Shown here: positions 23,491-34,761 of the stretch, in pieces
Position numbering within the stretch: the first letter of the stretch is position 1
How the letters are laid out: the number at the start of each line of letters is the position of its first letter
DNA from: an uncultured Victivallales bacterium
GTDB taxonomy: Bacteria > Verrucomicrobiota > Kiritimatiellia > UBA8416 > JABMPJ01
Direction: 5' to 3'
Assembly (NCBI GenBank): GCA_964345005.1
Contig: CAYFPQ010000003.1
Span: 1,479-65,478, forward strand
Length of the DNA stretch: 64,000 nucleotides
Notes under the pieces: generated by a model
Told to the model about the DNA's origin: nothing
What the model saw: only the letters and a program-made list of their open reading frames with translations
Database searches by the model: none
Position numbers and translations under genes: made by a program

Positions 23491-24107
23491 TGCCCGCCGT
23501 CATGGATCCTGTCGATCCCATCGTGACCCCGGGAAGTTGGACTGAAGCTCTCTCCATACCATCGATCTTCTCTTCGCCTACCGAGGAAAAACGCCTCCTG
23601 GCCGTTGATGTCGGATGCGGCAAGGGACGCTACCTCATGGCCGTGGCTCAGAAGCATCCCGAGATGAATTTCCTCGGAATTGACCGCATGCGGTCGCGTA
23701 TGGTCAAGCTGTCCCGCAAGCTTACTCGCGCTCAGTTGAGCCACGTGCGCCTCATTCAAGTTGAAGCGTCCTATGCCATCCGCCATCTGCTACCTGCGAA
23801 CAGCGTTTCGGTTTTTACGATCTTCTTTCCCGACCCCTGGCCGAAGCGCCGGCACCATCGCCGCCGACTCTTCTGCCCCGATTTCCTGAACGATCTGGAT
23901 CGCGCCATGGTACCGGGAGCAATGCTCCATATCGCAACCGATCACTTGGATTACTTCGAGGCGATCACTGCCCTCTTCAAGCCGGACTCCCGCTTTCGTC
24001 CTATTCCCACCTATGAACCCATCGATGCCGAGCGAACGGACTTCGAGCTGATCTTCACAGGTCAGGGCAAGCCAATTGGCAGGGCATCGTTTGCGAAGGC
24101 CGGCTAA
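23490..24107 (+). CDS. trmB: tRNA (guanine46-N7)-methyltransferase
   Basis: LAVDVGCGKGRYL, FFPDPWPKRRHHRRRL signature. GTG at 23490, with an alternative ATG at 23502. Confidence 0.85.
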   Translation: MPAVMDPVDPIVTPGSWTEALSIPSIFSSPTEEKRLLAVDVGCGKGRYLMAVAQKHPEMNFLGIDRMRSRMVKLSRKLTRAQLSHVRLIQVEASYAIRHLLPANSVSVFTIFFPDPWPKRRHHRRRLFCPDFLNDLDRAMVPGAMLHIATDHLDYFEAITALFKPDSRFRPIPTYEPIDAERTDFELIFTGQGKPIGRASFAKAG

Positions 24108-24139
24108 AAACCCTTTACCTCAAGGCCCCGATCGGCAGA

Positions 24140-24994
24140 ATGGTGGAGGAGAAAAAGATGTCACGCGCAACCACCATGTCGGTAAACGGACCTCGGGCGC
24201 TTCTTGCGACCGTCGCGATCCTGTTGCTGTTGCCATCTCGGTCCACCGCGAAGTGGCACCGTTACGACGATTGCCGTCTCATTAAGCAGGATTTCAACGA
24301 TGGCGACAGCTTCCATGTTCAATGCGGCCGCCGACACTACATCTTTCGTCTTTACTTCGTCGACGCCCCGGAAACAGACCTATCCTTTCCCGACCGGGTC
24401 GATGCCCAGGCAAAGCACTGGGGATTAACCCCGAAGCAGACCCTGAGACTCGGGCAGGCGGCAACGGCGTTTACGAAGACCTTCCTGACCAAGCCGTTCA
24501 CAGTGCACACCAAGCGTATGGATGCACGTGGAAGAAGCGATCGTCCCCGCTATTTCGGAATGATCGAGACAGAGGCGGGGTTTCTTTCTCTCGCGCTTGT
24601 TCGCCACGGACTGGCGCGCGTCTTCGGTATGTCCACTGCATTGCCGGACGGAAAAGAGTCATCTCGGCACTGGGGTCATCTTCGCTCAGCCGAAAAGGCC
24701 GCCAAGCGCGAGAAACGGGGAGGATGGGCCCAGCTTCCCGAAGAACCCGAGCCACCACCCGTTATCGAACCACAGGACTACGTTGTCCGCGGGCGCCTGC
24801 CGGTGTTCGACCTCGAACGACACACCCGTCTGATCCGCGTACTCCAGCGTGACGCTCGGGTTCATATTCTTGGCGCCAAGGACGAAAGCCTGCTCATCGT
24901 TCGTTTCAAGGCTGGCGACACCGTCCAGGAAGGGCTCTGCCGCCGGGACAGCATCACCCTCCCCTCACCAGCAAAGGAGCCCGGGAGCCCGTGA
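24140..24994 (+). CDS. Secreted thermonuclease (SNase-like) family protein with a C-terminal extension
   Basis: Signal peptide, DGDSF and FVDAPET motifs of staphylococcal-nuclease-like fold, RHGLARV. Confidence 0.65.
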   Translation: MVEEKKMSRATTMSVNGPRALLATVAILLLLPSRSTAKWHRYDDCRLIKQDFNDGDSFHVQCGRRHYIFRLYFVDAPETDLSFPDRVDAQAKHWGLTPKQTLRLGQAATAFTKTFLTKPFTVHTKRMDARGRSDRPRYFGMIETEAGFLSLALVRHGLARVFGMSTALPDGKESSRHWGHLRSAEKAAKREKRGGWAQLPEEPEPPPVIEPQDYVVRGRLPVFDLERHTRLIRVLQRDARVHILGAKDESLLIVRFKAGDTVQEGLCRRDSITLPSPAKEPGSP

Positions 24995-25581
24995 CATCGT
25001 ATCCCACACCATCGTTCACACTTCCCGACTGGCTTATTGAAGCCTGCGTGCCGCTGACAGACACGCCTATGCCAACCCCGGAAGCAAGGATGGAGTTCGT
25101 CGTCGACCTGGCCCGCCGCAATACCGAGAAACAAACTGGCGGACCGTTCGCCGCCGCCGTATTCGACCTCTCGACGGGCTGTCTGATTGCTCCCGGGGTC
25201 AACCTGGTCACTTCCCTCCGTTGTTCCAGTGCCCACGCGGAGATCGTCGCCCTCAGCACGGCCCAACAGCGGCTTGCGCACTATGATCTTGGCGCAACGG
25301 GTATGCCGCGTTGCGAACTGGTCACCAGCACGGAACCGTGCGCCATGTGCCTGGGCGCCATTCCATGGTCCGGAGTACGCGCATTGACCTGCGGCGCACG
25401 AGGTGAAGATGCTTGTGCCATCGGCATGGACGAAGGTGCGAAGCCGGACGATTGGGTCGGCGAACTGGAGTCCCGCGGGATCTCCGTTACGCGCGATGTT
25501 TGCCGGGAGGCAGCCGTAGCTGTTCTGCAAGACTACCTGGAAGCCGGTGGCACTATCTACAACGCCAGGCAGGGGGATTAG
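24991..25581 (+). CDS. Nucleoside/nucleotide deaminase (CMP/dCMP-type zinc deaminase fold)
   Basis: HAEIVAL and PCAMCLGAI zinc-binding motifs. Confidence 0.75.
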   Translation: MTSYPTPSFTLPDWLIEACVPLTDTPMPTPEARMEFVVDLARRNTEKQTGGPFAAAVFDLSTGCLIAPGVNLVTSLRCSSAHAEIVALSTAQQRLAHYDLGATGMPRCELVTSTEPCAMCLGAIPWSGVRALTCGARGEDACAIGMDEGAKPDDWVGELESRGISVTRDVCREAAVAVLQDYLEAGGTIYNARQGD

Positions 25582-26455
25582 CTTCCGCCTGATAGAAACG
25601 GGTGGTCGGGTACGCCAGCGTGATGTCGTCCTGTTTCTGGAACGCATCCAGGATGGATTCCCAGATGGATTCCTCGGACTTGCGCCTCTGGCGGGGCTTG
25701 ACGATATAGCGCAGCGTCAACAGGACCCCTGACTCCTTCACCGTGGTGTAGACGATGGGCGTCAGGTTCTTGAAGAAAATCAAATAGCGCATCGCTGCGC
25801 GCCTGATCTGCTCTTCCGCGCCTTCGGAGAGATGCTCCGCCTTCTCGGCGGCAATGCTGCTGAGCAGTTCCTTGGCCTTACGCCAATTGCTCTCGAACGT
25901 GATCAGCACCGGTATCTCGTGCCAGATATATTGAAACCCCGTTTCGTAATTCGAGACCGACTCGCGCAACACCTGACTGTTCGGGATGTGAACGATCCGG
26001 CCCGTGCTCTGGTCGGCATCGACCCAATTCCCGACCTCAATCACGCTGAACTGGAACAGGCGTACGTCGATCACATCACCGGTGATCCTGCCAACTTCGA
26101 TTCGGTTTCCCACCTCGAAAGGCTTTCGCCATAGGATGAACACCCACCCGGCAACATTCGCGATCGAGTCATGCATGGCCACGGCTAGACCCGCGCTAGC
26201 CAAACCAAGAAAGGTAGCCAGTGAGTCGAATGCGCGAATCCAAACACGTCCAACCAACACCAGGGCCACGATGGTCAGCGTATTGACGATCACGCGTCGC
26301 CAGTGGTGAAACCGCACGGGATCGTTGATCTTCCTCTTGGCCAGCGAACAGGTCAGGAGACGGACCAGAAAGAACAGGAGCAGCAAGACAAGCGTTGCGA
26401 CCAGTTTTGCCACAGTATCCGACGACACATCCAGCGCCTCAACCAAACCCATCAT
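25553..26455 (-). CDS. Mechanosensitive ion channel (MscS family)
   Basis: Three TM helices followed by NVAGWVFILWRKPFEVGNRIEVGRITGDVIDVRLFQFSVIE (MscS beta domain). Confidence 0.8.
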   Translation of the reverse strand: MMGLVEALDVSSDTVAKLVATLVLLLLFFLVRLLTCSLAKRKINDPVRFHHWRRVIVNTLTIVALVLVGRVWIRAFDSLATFLGLASAGLAVAMHDSIANVAGWVFILWRKPFEVGNRIEVGRITGDVIDVRLFQFSVIEVGNWVDADQSTGRIVHIPNSQVLRESVSNYETGFQYIWHEIPVLITFESNWRKAKELLSSIAAEKAEHLSEGAEEQIRRAAMRYLIFFKNLTPIVYTTVKESGVLLTLRYIVKPRQRRKSEESIWESILDAFQKQDDITLAYPTTRFYQAEANPPAWRCR

Positions 26456-26457
26456 GA

Positions 26458-27480
26458 CTACCTACCCTCCCCAGCCAACTCCGACAGCGGGGTTTTTCCC
26501 TCCGAGCCCGGCACATCCGCCACGAAACGCGGCATGGCCAGTCCGCCCAACCGGCCCCGCATGGCCCTGTCCAGCTCGAGTCCCCTACCGATCTCCGTCC
26601 AAAAGTGCTCCGTACCTGCCACTGGATCGCACTGAAACACGTAGTACGGCCGTATCATGTTCCGCTGTAGACTATTGCACAGCTTCAGGAGCGTGTCTAT
26701 ATCGTCATTCACCCCCCGCAACAGCACAGCCTGATTGGAGACAGGTATGCCTCGACTGATGAGACACTCGCAAGCAGCCACCGATTCGACCGTCAGCTCA
26801 AGCGGGTGGTTGAACTGTGTGTTCACCCATAGGGGACGATGCCCGGCCAGCATATCGGCCAGGGCATCATCGATTCTCATCGGCAACACCGCGGGTACAC
26901 GCGTGCCGATACGTATCGCCTCAACATGTTCCATCGCTTCCAGGTCAGAGAGCATACGGCCGAGTTCATCGGTTTCCAGCAACAGGGGGTCACCTCCCGA
27001 AAGGATGACCTCCCGTACAGTCGGGCGTTGCCGGAGTGCGGAACAGACGGCCTTCCAGCCCTCGCGGCCGGCCACATGCCGTCCAGCGCCAAGCAGGTTC
27101 TTACGGGTACAGTGTCGGCACGATACGGCACATGTGGAGGTCGTCATAATGAGTGCACGATCAGGATAGCGCTGCACGAGCCCCGGTACACCTGTCGACC
27201 GATCCTCCGAAAAGGGATCGCTTTCGCTGCCTCCCTCCAATTCGCGGAGGTCCGGAAGACACTGGAGAAGAATGGGATCTGCACTACCTGCGCGTTCTGC
27301 CAGGTCGAGGTAGTAGGGAGTGATGCAGACCGGATACTGCTCTGCAACGGATCCAAGCGCTTCTGCGGCACCGGGCTCAACCAGACCTCGATCGACCAGT
27401 TCACTCACCGACCGGATGGCGTGCCGCAGCTGCCATCGCCAGTCGTGCCTGCTTCCATCCCTCTTTTTCCTTCCTCGCAT
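26458..27480 (-). CDS. epmB: KamA-family radical-SAM aminomutase (EpmB/lysine 2,3-aminomutase-like)
   Basis: CAVSCRHCTRK (CxxxCxxC), KamA-family core motifs. The 340 aa length fits EpmB rather than KamA. Confidence 0.75.
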   Translation of the reverse strand: MRGRKKRDGSRHDWRWQLRHAIRSVSELVDRGLVEPGAAEALGSVAEQYPVCITPYYLDLAERAGSADPILLQCLPDLRELEGGSESDPFSEDRSTGVPGLVQRYPDRALIMTTSTCAVSCRHCTRKNLLGAGRHVAGREGWKAVCSALRQRPTVREVILSGGDPLLLETDELGRMLSDLEAMEHVEAIRIGTRVPAVLPMRIDDALADMLAGHRPLWVNTQFNHPLELTVESVAACECLISRGIPVSNQAVLLRGVNDDIDTLLKLCNSLQRNMIRPYYVFQCDPVAGTEHFWTEIGRGLELDRAMRGRLGGLAMPRFVADVPGSEGKTPLSELAGEGR

Positions 27481-27535
27481 CGTCGGAATATACGATATTC
27501 TCCGAAACGCGGCCAGTCATGGAGTATGGGGCACT

Positions 27536-28387
27536 ATGCAGTCCATCAACGTCAATACGCTGCAGGCGAGTACAGATGTCCTACGCGACAGGCTGGACAA
27601 CCCCTCCCCGTCCGTCGTGGCCGTCCTGGGCTCCGGATGGGGCGCTGCTATCGACGACTGGGCTATCCTGCAGACCGTTCCCTTCGTCCAGATCCCCGTG
27701 CTGGGTGCGACCGCTGTGAAAGGCCATGCGGGCGTGCTTCACCTTGCGGACACCGGCAACGGTACCTGCCTCGTCTTCCAGGGACGCCGACACCGCTACG
27801 GGTGCTCTTCCTGGGATCCGGTAATCTTCCCCGCCTTCCTCGCCCACGCTCTCGGTGCCCACACGCTCTTGGTTACAAACGCCGCAGGCGGCATCCGGGA
27901 AGACCTCGAGCCCGGTGACTTGATGGTCATCGACGACCACATCAATGCCATGGGCGACCATCCCCTCCGAGGCCCCCATCGGGAGGAACTCGGCCCACGG
28001 TTTCCCGACCTCACCCGGCTCTACACGCCGGAATTCCGGACGCTTCTCGACGAGACGGCGACAGCGCAAGGCATTGCCCTGTCCCACGGCGTCTACGTGG
28101 CAGTCAGCGGACCGTCCTACGAAACACCTGCCGAGGTGCGTGCCTACGCCTCCCTGGGCGCTCATGCTGTGGGGATGTCAACCGTTCCAGAGGCCATCGT
28201 CGCGGGAGCGCTGGGACTGAACGTGGCAGGGCTCTGCTGTATTACCAACCGGGCAGCCGCAACGGGGAACGCGAGGCTGTCGCATGACGAGGTGATTGCT
28301 GTCACGCGCAAGGCCGCACCCAAGATGCGCGCCCTGGTGGACGCGTTCATCGGTCGCGTGGATTCCGCCCCGACAGAACCCAAATAA
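27536..28387 (+). CDS. Purine nucleoside phosphorylase (PNP/MTAP family)
   Basis: ATG at 27536. VAVLGSGWG, LVTNAAGG, HAVGMSTVPE motifs. Confidence 0.85.
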   Translation: MQSINVNTLQASTDVLRDRLDNPSPSVVAVLGSGWGAAIDDWAILQTVPFVQIPVLGATAVKGHAGVLHLADTGNGTCLVFQGRRHRYGCSSWDPVIFPAFLAHALGAHTLLVTNAAGGIREDLEPGDLMVIDDHINAMGDHPLRGPHREELGPRFPDLTRLYTPEFRTLLDETATAQGIALSHGVYVAVSGPSYETPAEVRAYASLGAHAVGMSTVPEAIVAGALGLNVAGLCCITNRAAATGNARLSHDEVIAVTRKAAPKMRALVDAFIGRVDSAPTEPK

Positions 28388-28395
28388 GAGCAGCA

Positions 28396-29742
28396 ATGGG
28401 CAGCGTATCTCCAGCCAATTCCGATCCTGCGCGCGCGTACCGCGCCGCAATCAGCGTTCTCGAACGCCTCACCGCGGAAGGTTTCACGGCCTACCTTGCC
28501 GGGGGCTGCGTTCGTGACATGCTTCTTGATCGTACCCCCGTCGACTACGATGTTGCCACAGAGGCGCTGCCGGACGTTGTCGAGAGGATCTTCCCCGGCT
28601 CGATTACCACGGGCAAGTGCTTTGGCGTGGTTCGCGTCAGAGTCGACGAAGCGGAAGTGGAGGTGGCTACCTTCCGCGCTGACCACGGGTACCATGACGG
28701 CCGGCATCCCGACAGCGTCACGTTCAGCGATCCGGAGACAGACGCCCAGCGGCGTGACTTCACGATCAATGCGCTCTTCATGGATCTCCAGCACGGCAAC
28801 GAGATCATTGATTTCGTCGACGGCCAGCGCGATCTGGCCAGACGGGTAGTGCGCTGTGTCGGCGACCCGGCCACCCGTTTCAAAGAAGATCACCTGCGCA
28901 TGCTGCGGGCCGTTCGGTTTGCGTCCGTGCTCGAGTTCCGGCTCGACGACACCACAGCCGACGCCATCCAGAAGCACGCCGCCAGTGTTACGGAGATGGC
29001 CGCCGAGAGGATCCGTGATGAGTTGACACGTATCCTGGTTGAGTCACCACGTGCCGGTGATGCACTCATGTTATTGGACGAGGTCGGCCTGATGGAACCC
29101 CTGCTCCCCGAGATCAAGGCCATGCAGGGCACGCCGCAACCCCCGCAGTTTCACCCCGAAGGTGATGTGTTCGAGCACACCATGCTGATGCTTAACGAGA
29201 TGGAGTCGCCTTCCCCCCGCCTGGCTTGGGCGGTCCTGCTGCATGACGTCGGGAAGCCTCCCACGATCACAACCGACACCGACCGTATCCGTTTCAACCG
29301 CCATGCAAACGTGGGAGGAGACATGGCGGTTGAGATGCTTCGACGGCTCAGGTTTTCCAACGATGACATCGATTTCATCACGGAGTGTGTACGCGGGCAC
29401 ATGCGCACGATGGACGTGCCGCGTATGCGACGTGCAACACTTCGCCGCATGGTGGGCGCGCTCACGTTCCCGGTAGAGCTGGAGCTCCACCGGCTCGACT
29501 GCATTGGAAGTCACGGCGACCTCGACAACTACAATCGACTGGTAGCCTTCCAGGAGGAGATGGCCAACGAGCCCGTGCTGCCCCCGGCATGGATCACGGG
29601 CGACGACATACTCGAGATGGGCATCCCTGAAGGCCCACGGATAGGGTACTGGCTGCGCCTGGCCTACGAGGCGCAACTGGAGGATCGCTTCCCCGGAAGG
29701 GAGCATCTGTTGGCCTGGCTCAGAGACCAGGTGAACGACTAG
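28396..29742 (+). CDS. cca: CCA tRNA nucleotidyltransferase with HD domain
   Basis: [23 protein letters not shown] (Pol-beta NT motif), [10 protein letters not shown]-terminal HD region LLHDVGKP. Confidence 0.8.
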   Translation: MGSVSPANSDPARAYRAAISVLERLTAEGFTAYLAGGCVRDMLLDRTPVDYDVATEALPDVVERIFPGSITTGKCFGVVRVRVDEAEVEVATFRADHGYHDGRHPDSVTFSDPETDAQRRDFTINALFMDLQHGNEIIDFVDGQRDLARRVVRCVGDPATRFKEDHLRMLRAVRFASVLEFRLDDTTADAIQKHAASVTEMAAERIRDELTRILVESPRAGDALMLLDEVGLMEPLLPEIKAMQGTPQPPQFHPEGDVFEHTMLMLNEMESPSPRLAWAVLLHDVGKPPTITTDTDRIRFNRHANVGGDMAVEMLRRLRFSNDDIDFITECVRGHMRTMDVPRMRRATLRRMVGALTFPVELELHRLDCIGSHGDLDNYNRLVAFQEEMANEPVLPPAWITGDDILEMGIPEGPRIGYWLRLAYEAQLEDRFPGREHLLAWLRDQVND

Positions 29743-30995
29743 GCGATTCGCTTGATGCGGGTCTTCGGCTCAGGAAACTGAACCTGACCGGTGACCATGC
29801 GCTTGGTAACACGCAGCGACTTCGTGGCAGAATGTCGAGGCGCCTCGAACATCACGTCCAACATCAGACTCTCGATGATTGCACGGAGTCCGCGCGCCCC
29901 AGTACCGCGATCCACCGAAAGTCGCGCCATTTCCCGGAGCGCGCTGTCGGTGAAGCTGAGCTCGATATCTTCCATCGCCAGCAGCTTCTGGTATTGACGC
30001 ACCATGCAATTGCGCGGTTTCACCAGGATATCGACCAACTGGTCCTCGGTCAGCTCCGACAGCGTCGTAACAATGGGTAGTCGACCGATCAGCTCGGGGA
30101 TCAGACCGTACTTCACGAGATCTTCCGGCTCGACACCGCCGTGATCCACACCTGTGATCGTACGGCTCTGCGGCTCCACGAATCCTATCTGCTGAGAGCC
30201 CTGGCGCCGCTTGATGATGCCGTCCAGCCCCACGAAAGCGCCGCCACAGACAAAGAGGATGTGCTCCGTGTTGATCTTGATGTACTCCTGTTGCGGATGC
30301 TTGCGCCCGCCACCGGGCGGAACGCGCGCCATCGTTCCCTCCAATATCTTGAGCAGGGCCTGCTGTACGCCTTCGCCGGAAACATCGCGCGTGATCGATA
30401 CGTTCTCGGTCTTGCGGCCAATCTTATCGATCTCATCCACATAGATGATACCGGTCTCCGCCCGCGCCACGTCACCGTCAGCGTTCTGAATCAGGTTTAA
30501 CAGGATGTTCTCAACATCTTCGCCTACGTAGCCCGCCTCGGTCAGCGTGGTGGCATCCACGATGGAGAACGGCACATCGAGCATCTTTGCCAGGCAGCGC
30601 GCCATGAGCGTCTTGCCGGATCCCGTGGGCCCGATCAGCATGATATTGCTCTTCTCGATTTCAACATCCGAGAACGGGTGATCTTCCGCGAAATGCGACT
30701 CCTGCTTCAGGCGCTTATAGTGATTGTGAACCGCAACCGACAGAACCTTCTTGGTATGATCATGGCCCACCACATAGTCATCGAGATAAGCTTTGATCTC
30801 ATGCGGCTTGGGAACCACCAAACCCGGCCGCACATCTTCCTGTTCGACCGGGTGCTTCCCCTTCTCGAGCAGTGTGTTACAGAGCTCAACACATGCATCG
30901 CAGATGTTGACGCCCGGCCCCGTTACGAGACCACTGACGGTCTCGCGGCGTTTGCCGCAAAAACTGCATGTTATGGGACCGGAAGACGTCTCCAC
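29739..30995 (-). CDS. clpX: ATP-dependent Clp protease ATP-binding subunit ClpX
   Basis: Zinc-binding CSFCGK...CDAC, Walker [19 protein letters not shown]. Confidence 0.95.
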   Translation of the reverse strand: METSSGPITCSFCGKRRETVSGLVTGPGVNICDACVELCNTLLEKGKHPVEQEDVRPGLVVPKPHEIKAYLDDYVVGHDHTKKVLSVAVHNHYKRLKQESHFAEDHPFSDVEIEKSNIMLIGPTGSGKTLMARCLAKMLDVPFSIVDATTLTEAGYVGEDVENILLNLIQNADGDVARAETGIIYVDEIDKIGRKTENVSITRDVSGEGVQQALLKILEGTMARVPPGGGRKHPQQEYIKINTEHILFVCGGAFVGLDGIIKRRQGSQQIGFVEPQSRTITGVDHGGVEPEDLVKYGLIPELIGRLPIVTTLSELTEDQLVDILVKPRNCMVRQYQKLLAMEDIELSFTDSALREMARLSVDRGTGARGLRAIIESLMLDVMFEAPRHSATKSLRVTKRMVTGQVQFPEPKTRIKRIA

Positions 30996-30997
30996 GA

Positions 30998-31603
30998 TCA
31001 GGCTCCCTTCGAGCTATTGGTCACCACTTCGTCCACCAGCCCGTACTCCTTGGCATCGCCAGCCGACATGAAAAAGTCACGGTCGGTGTCGTTGGCGATC
31101 ACATCGATGTCTTTGTCGGTATGCTTGGCAAGGATCTCGTTAATCCGCTCGCGCAGTCGCAGGATTTCCTTGGCCTGGATGCTGATGTCCGACGCCTGCC
31201 CCTGGACGCCACCCCAAGGCTGGTGGATCATGATGCGGGCGTTAGGCAGCGCGAAACGCTTACCCGGCGTACCCGCGGCCAACAGAACGGCCCCCATGCT
31301 GGCGGCCTGCCCCACGCAATAGGTTGCCACATCGCACTTGAGGAACTGGATGGTGTCATAGATGGCCAGTCCTGCGGTGACGGAGCCGCCTGGCGAATTG
31401 ATGTAGATGCTGACATCCTTCTTGGCATCTTCAGCCTGCAGGAACAGCAACTGGGCAATGATCAGGTTGCTGATGTCATCGTTAATGCCCGATCCGATAA
31501 ACAGGATGCGGTCCTTGAGCAAACGCGAAAAGATGTCGTAAGCCCGCTCGCCGCGCCCCGTCTGTTCCACCACAATCGGCACCAAAGCCTGGTTCTTTAC
31601 CAT
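30998..31603 (-). CDS. clpP: ATP-dependent Clp protease proteolytic subunit ClpP
   Basis: GQAASMGA (active-site Ser) and IMIHQP (His) motifs. Confidence 0.95.
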   Translation of the reverse strand: MVKNQALVPIVVEQTGRGERAYDIFSRLLKDRILFIGSGINDDISNLIIAQLLFLQAEDAKKDVSIYINSPGGSVTAGLAIYDTIQFLKCDVATYCVGQAASMGAVLLAAGTPGKRFALPNARIMIHQPWGGVQGQASDISIQAKEILRLRERINEILAKHTDKDIDVIANDTDRDFFMSAGDAKEYGLVDEVVTNSSKGA

Positions 31604-31706
31604 GATATCTGCCTCTCTTTACGTCTTCGCGTGTGCCACGCGTTCACAACGCTATGCAGCATTGCGTAGTCGCCGTGGTCTCTGCGCGAGATTCCAAGTC
31701 ATAAAA

Positions 31707-33002
31707 CTACTTAACCTTGGCCTTCTCCAAGAGAAAGTCCAGCGTCTTCTCATCGCGGATGTCACTCTGCAAGCGTTCGAGTGCGTTGCGCTTCTCCAAT
31801 TCGCTTCTGAGCTTATCGGCTGTCATCCCATAGCTCATGGCCATGGTTTCAAGGCGCTGATCCAGTTCATCGTCCGAGACCGAGATCGACTCTTCCTCGG
31901 CGATACGGCTCAGAATGTAAGTGAGCTGCACGCGTTCTTTCGACGCCTCCGTGGCCGACTCCACGATCCGTGCCTGTTGCTCCTCGATCTGCTCACGTGA
32001 AGCGCCCTGCATCGCGATGCGTTCCACCATGCTGCGCACCATCATCTGCATCTCCTGCTGCACAACTGACTGGGGCAGATCGAACTTGGCCTTCTTCAGC
32101 AGGTGGTTCCCGATCTCCTGCTTGAGGCGACCATCCTCCTGCTGCTCCCGGTTCTGCTGGATGTCTTCACGGATGCGCTGGCGTAGCCCTTCTTCGCTGT
32201 CCACTTCAAACATCTTGAGGAACTCTTCGTTCACCTCCGGGAGCTTGCGTGCCCGGCGCGCCTTGACGTTCAGCGTGTAGGAGGCGGTCTTGCCACGTAG
32301 CGCTTCCGTCGCGAAATCCTCTGGGAACGTAATCTCAGTCTTTACCTCGTCACCCACCTTGGCTCCGAGCAACGACGCATCCACCCCGGGGAGGAACTCG
32401 CGCTGTCCCAACATGGCCCAGAAGTCGCTACCATCGTCCAGCTCCGGCGCGTCCGGCGCCAGTTCCTTGACGGGCTGTCCGTCACACTCGCCGCGGTAGT
32501 CGAGTTTCACAAAGTTTCCGTCCTCAAGGGCGCCTTCGTTGTCATCCTCGAACCGAGACCGCTGCTCCAGTACGGAGTCAAAGGCCTTCTGCACATCCTC
32601 CTCGGACACTTCCACGAGGTCACGCTTCAGGGATATCTTGGTGTACCTGGGCAGCCTGAAGGCGGGCGGCACGTCGATCATCACGTCAAACGCCAGTCCG
32701 GTCTCCTTGGAGAACTCTACGTTCTCCACGCCAACGATCGCCACCGGCGTTACGCCCTGCTCCTCTAGCGCGGAACGGTAAAACCGCGGCACCAGACGCT
32801 CCTTGGCCGACTCCGCGAGGTCCTTCTTGTACTGCGCTTCAATCACAGCCGTCGGGGCTTTGCCCTTCCTGAACCCGGCAACACGCCCGCCCTTGCGGAA
32901 CCAGCCCAGCAGTTCCTCGTAATCGTCACGCACTTCGTCACTCGTCGTCGCAACATGCATCAACTTCCGGCAGGGGCCGGCATCTTCCATCTTAACGTTC
33001 AT
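31707..33002 (-). CDS. tig: Trigger factor
   Basis: GFRKGKAP signature. 431 aa. Upstream of clpP-clpX. Confidence 0.9.
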   Translation of the reverse strand: MNVKMEDAGPCRKLMHVATTSDEVRDDYEELLGWFRKGGRVAGFRKGKAPTAVIEAQYKKDLAESAKERLVPRFYRSALEEQGVTPVAIVGVENVEFSKETGLAFDVMIDVPPAFRLPRYTKISLKRDLVEVSEEDVQKAFDSVLEQRSRFEDDNEGALEDGNFVKLDYRGECDGQPVKELAPDAPELDDGSDFWAMLGQREFLPGVDASLLGAKVGDEVKTEITFPEDFATEALRGKTASYTLNVKARRARKLPEVNEEFLKMFEVDSEEGLRQRIREDIQQNREQQEDGRLKQEIGNHLLKKAKFDLPQSVVQQEMQMMVRSMVERIAMQGASREQIEEQQARIVESATEASKERVQLTYILSRIAEEESISVSDDELDQRLETMAMSYGMTADKLRSELEKRNALERLQSDIRDEKTLDFLLEKAKVK

Positions 33003-33179
33003 AGTCCCTTACCCACTCTCCAGTTACTGGGTTCCAATCCTTGACGCCAAAACATCCTTAGCGCATTCAGATTCAACATCCAACATCCAACAAGGAACTC
33101 CCAAACATCCAAGTGTGCGAGAGGAAACGAATGGCGGGCCTTTCAGACATTCATTCACTTCCTTGTCGGATGTTGGGTG

Positions 33180-33330
33180 TTCATACCCCAAGCGGAGGCC
33201 GGGGTGAGGGGTTTGCAGGCCTTTCATCCATCCCCTACCCCAAGCGGAGGCCTGGGGGAGGTCACGTAGGCCTTAGCGGTTCGGTATTCCGAACCGGTCC
33301 AGCCAAGTGGCCTCCCCCAGGCCGAAGCGC
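33180..33330. repeat. Structured intergenic repeat, family A copy 1 (nested hairpins)
   Basis: Outer stem GCCTGGGGGAGG/CCTCCCCCAGGC enclosing the perfect hairpin CGGTTCGG-tatt-CCGAACCG. Preceded by a partial tandem duplicate (ccccaagcggaggccggggtgagggg / ccccaagcggaggcctgggggagg). Second copy at 62441..62525. Confidence 0.6.
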
Positions 33331-33333
33331 CCC

Positions 33334-34761
33334 TTATTCTTTCATGGTCATGAGGAATTCCGCGTTGCTCTTGGTCTTCTTCAGACGCTTCACAATCATC
33401 TCCATGGCTTCCACGGCGGGTACACCGTTGATGGCACGCCGCAGCGTCCAGATACGCGCCAACTCGTCGGGATGGAGCAATAGCTCTTCCTTGCGTGTGC
33501 CGGACTTCTCAACGTTGATGGCAGGAAACACCCGCTTCTCGACAAGGGAGCGGTCCAAGCAGAGCTCGAGGTTACCCGTGCCCTTGAACTCCTCGAAGAT
33601 GACGTCATCCATGCGGCTGCCCGTCTCCACCAGGGCCGTCGCCATGATGGTGAGGCTACCGCCATCCTCGATGTTGCGCGCCGCGGCGAAGAAGCGGCGA
33701 GGCTTGTGCAGTGCATTGGCATCCACACCACCCGAGAGGATCTTGCCGCTGTGCGGCTGAAGTGTGTTGTAGGCACGCGCCAAGCGCGTGATGCTGTCGA
33801 GCAGGATCACCACGTCCCGACCACTTTCAACCATGCGTTTCGACATCTCGATCACCAACTCCGCCACCTGTACGTGCCGTTCCGGCGTCTCATCGAACGT
33901 AGAGCTGATGACATGCGCCTTGGTGTTGCGCTGCATGTCGGTGACTTCCTCGGGACGCTCATCGATGAGGAGAATGATCAAGTGCACGTCCGGATGATTG
34001 GCCGAGATGCTGTTGGCTATTTTCTGCAACAGCACCGTCTTGCCCGTGCGGGGAGGCGCCACGATAACGCCGCGTTGCCCCATGCCCACCGGCGTGAACA
34101 GGTCCATCACCCGCATCGACACCTCGTTCTGACCACACTCGAGATCGATGCGCTGATCGGGAAAGATCGGCGTCAGGTTCTCGAAGGGAACCATCCGGCG
34201 CGATCCATCCGTGGCCTGGCCATTGATCTCATTCACACGAAGCAACGCAAAGAAGCGCTCCTTCTCTTTCGGCTCACGGATCTCCCCGGCCACCAAGTCG
34301 CCGGTACGCAGGGCAAAACGACGAATCTGTGACGGTGATACGTAGATGTCCTCTGGGCATGGCTGGTAGTTACTGTACTCGGAGCGGAGGAATCCGAAGC
34401 CGTCCGGCAGGACCTCCAGCACCCCACGGCTGTTCATGCGGCCGCCCTGGCACGCATGTTCCTTCAGAATCTCGAAAATCAGCTCGTGCTTCTGTAGCGC
34501 ACCGAGATCGACCAGGCCCTGTTCTTCCGCAAACTCGCTCAGCTCGGGAACGGACTTCTCCTGGAGGTCGAACAGGCTGAGCATGGGACCGTCCTTGCGC
34601 GGTTGCTCTTCAGTCTTCCCGCCACTTTCTTCACCGTCGCCCGCATCGCGAACGGGCCGCGTATACCGTGGCTCGCCTTCGACGGCTACGTTACCATTAA
34701 CCTGCCGGCGGCCGCGTCCACGGCCTTGACGGCGTGATAAGTTGTTTTTTCTCTGAGCCAT
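33334..34761 (-). CDS. rho: Transcription termination factor Rho
   Basis: N-terminal Arg/Gly-rich extension then canonical RNA-binding and ATPase domains (APPRTGKT Walker A; RLARAYN). Confidence 0.95.
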   Translation of the reverse strand: MAQRKNNLSRRQGRGRGRRQVNGNVAVEGEPRYTRPVRDAGDGEESGGKTEEQPRKDGPMLSLFDLQEKSVPELSEFAEEQGLVDLGALQKHELIFEILKEHACQGGRMNSRGVLEVLPDGFGFLRSEYSNYQPCPEDIYVSPSQIRRFALRTGDLVAGEIREPKEKERFFALLRVNEINGQATDGSRRMVPFENLTPIFPDQRIDLECGQNEVSMRVMDLFTPVGMGQRGVIVAPPRTGKTVLLQKIANSISANHPDVHLIILLIDERPEEVTDMQRNTKAHVISSTFDETPERHVQVAELVIEMSKRMVESGRDVVILLDSITRLARAYNTLQPHSGKILSGGVDANALHKPRRFFAAARNIEDGGSLTIMATALVETGSRMDDVIFEEFKGTGNLELCLDRSLVEKRVFPAINVEKSGTRKEELLLHPDELARIWTLRRAINGVPAVEAMEMIVKRLKKTKSNAEFLMTMKE

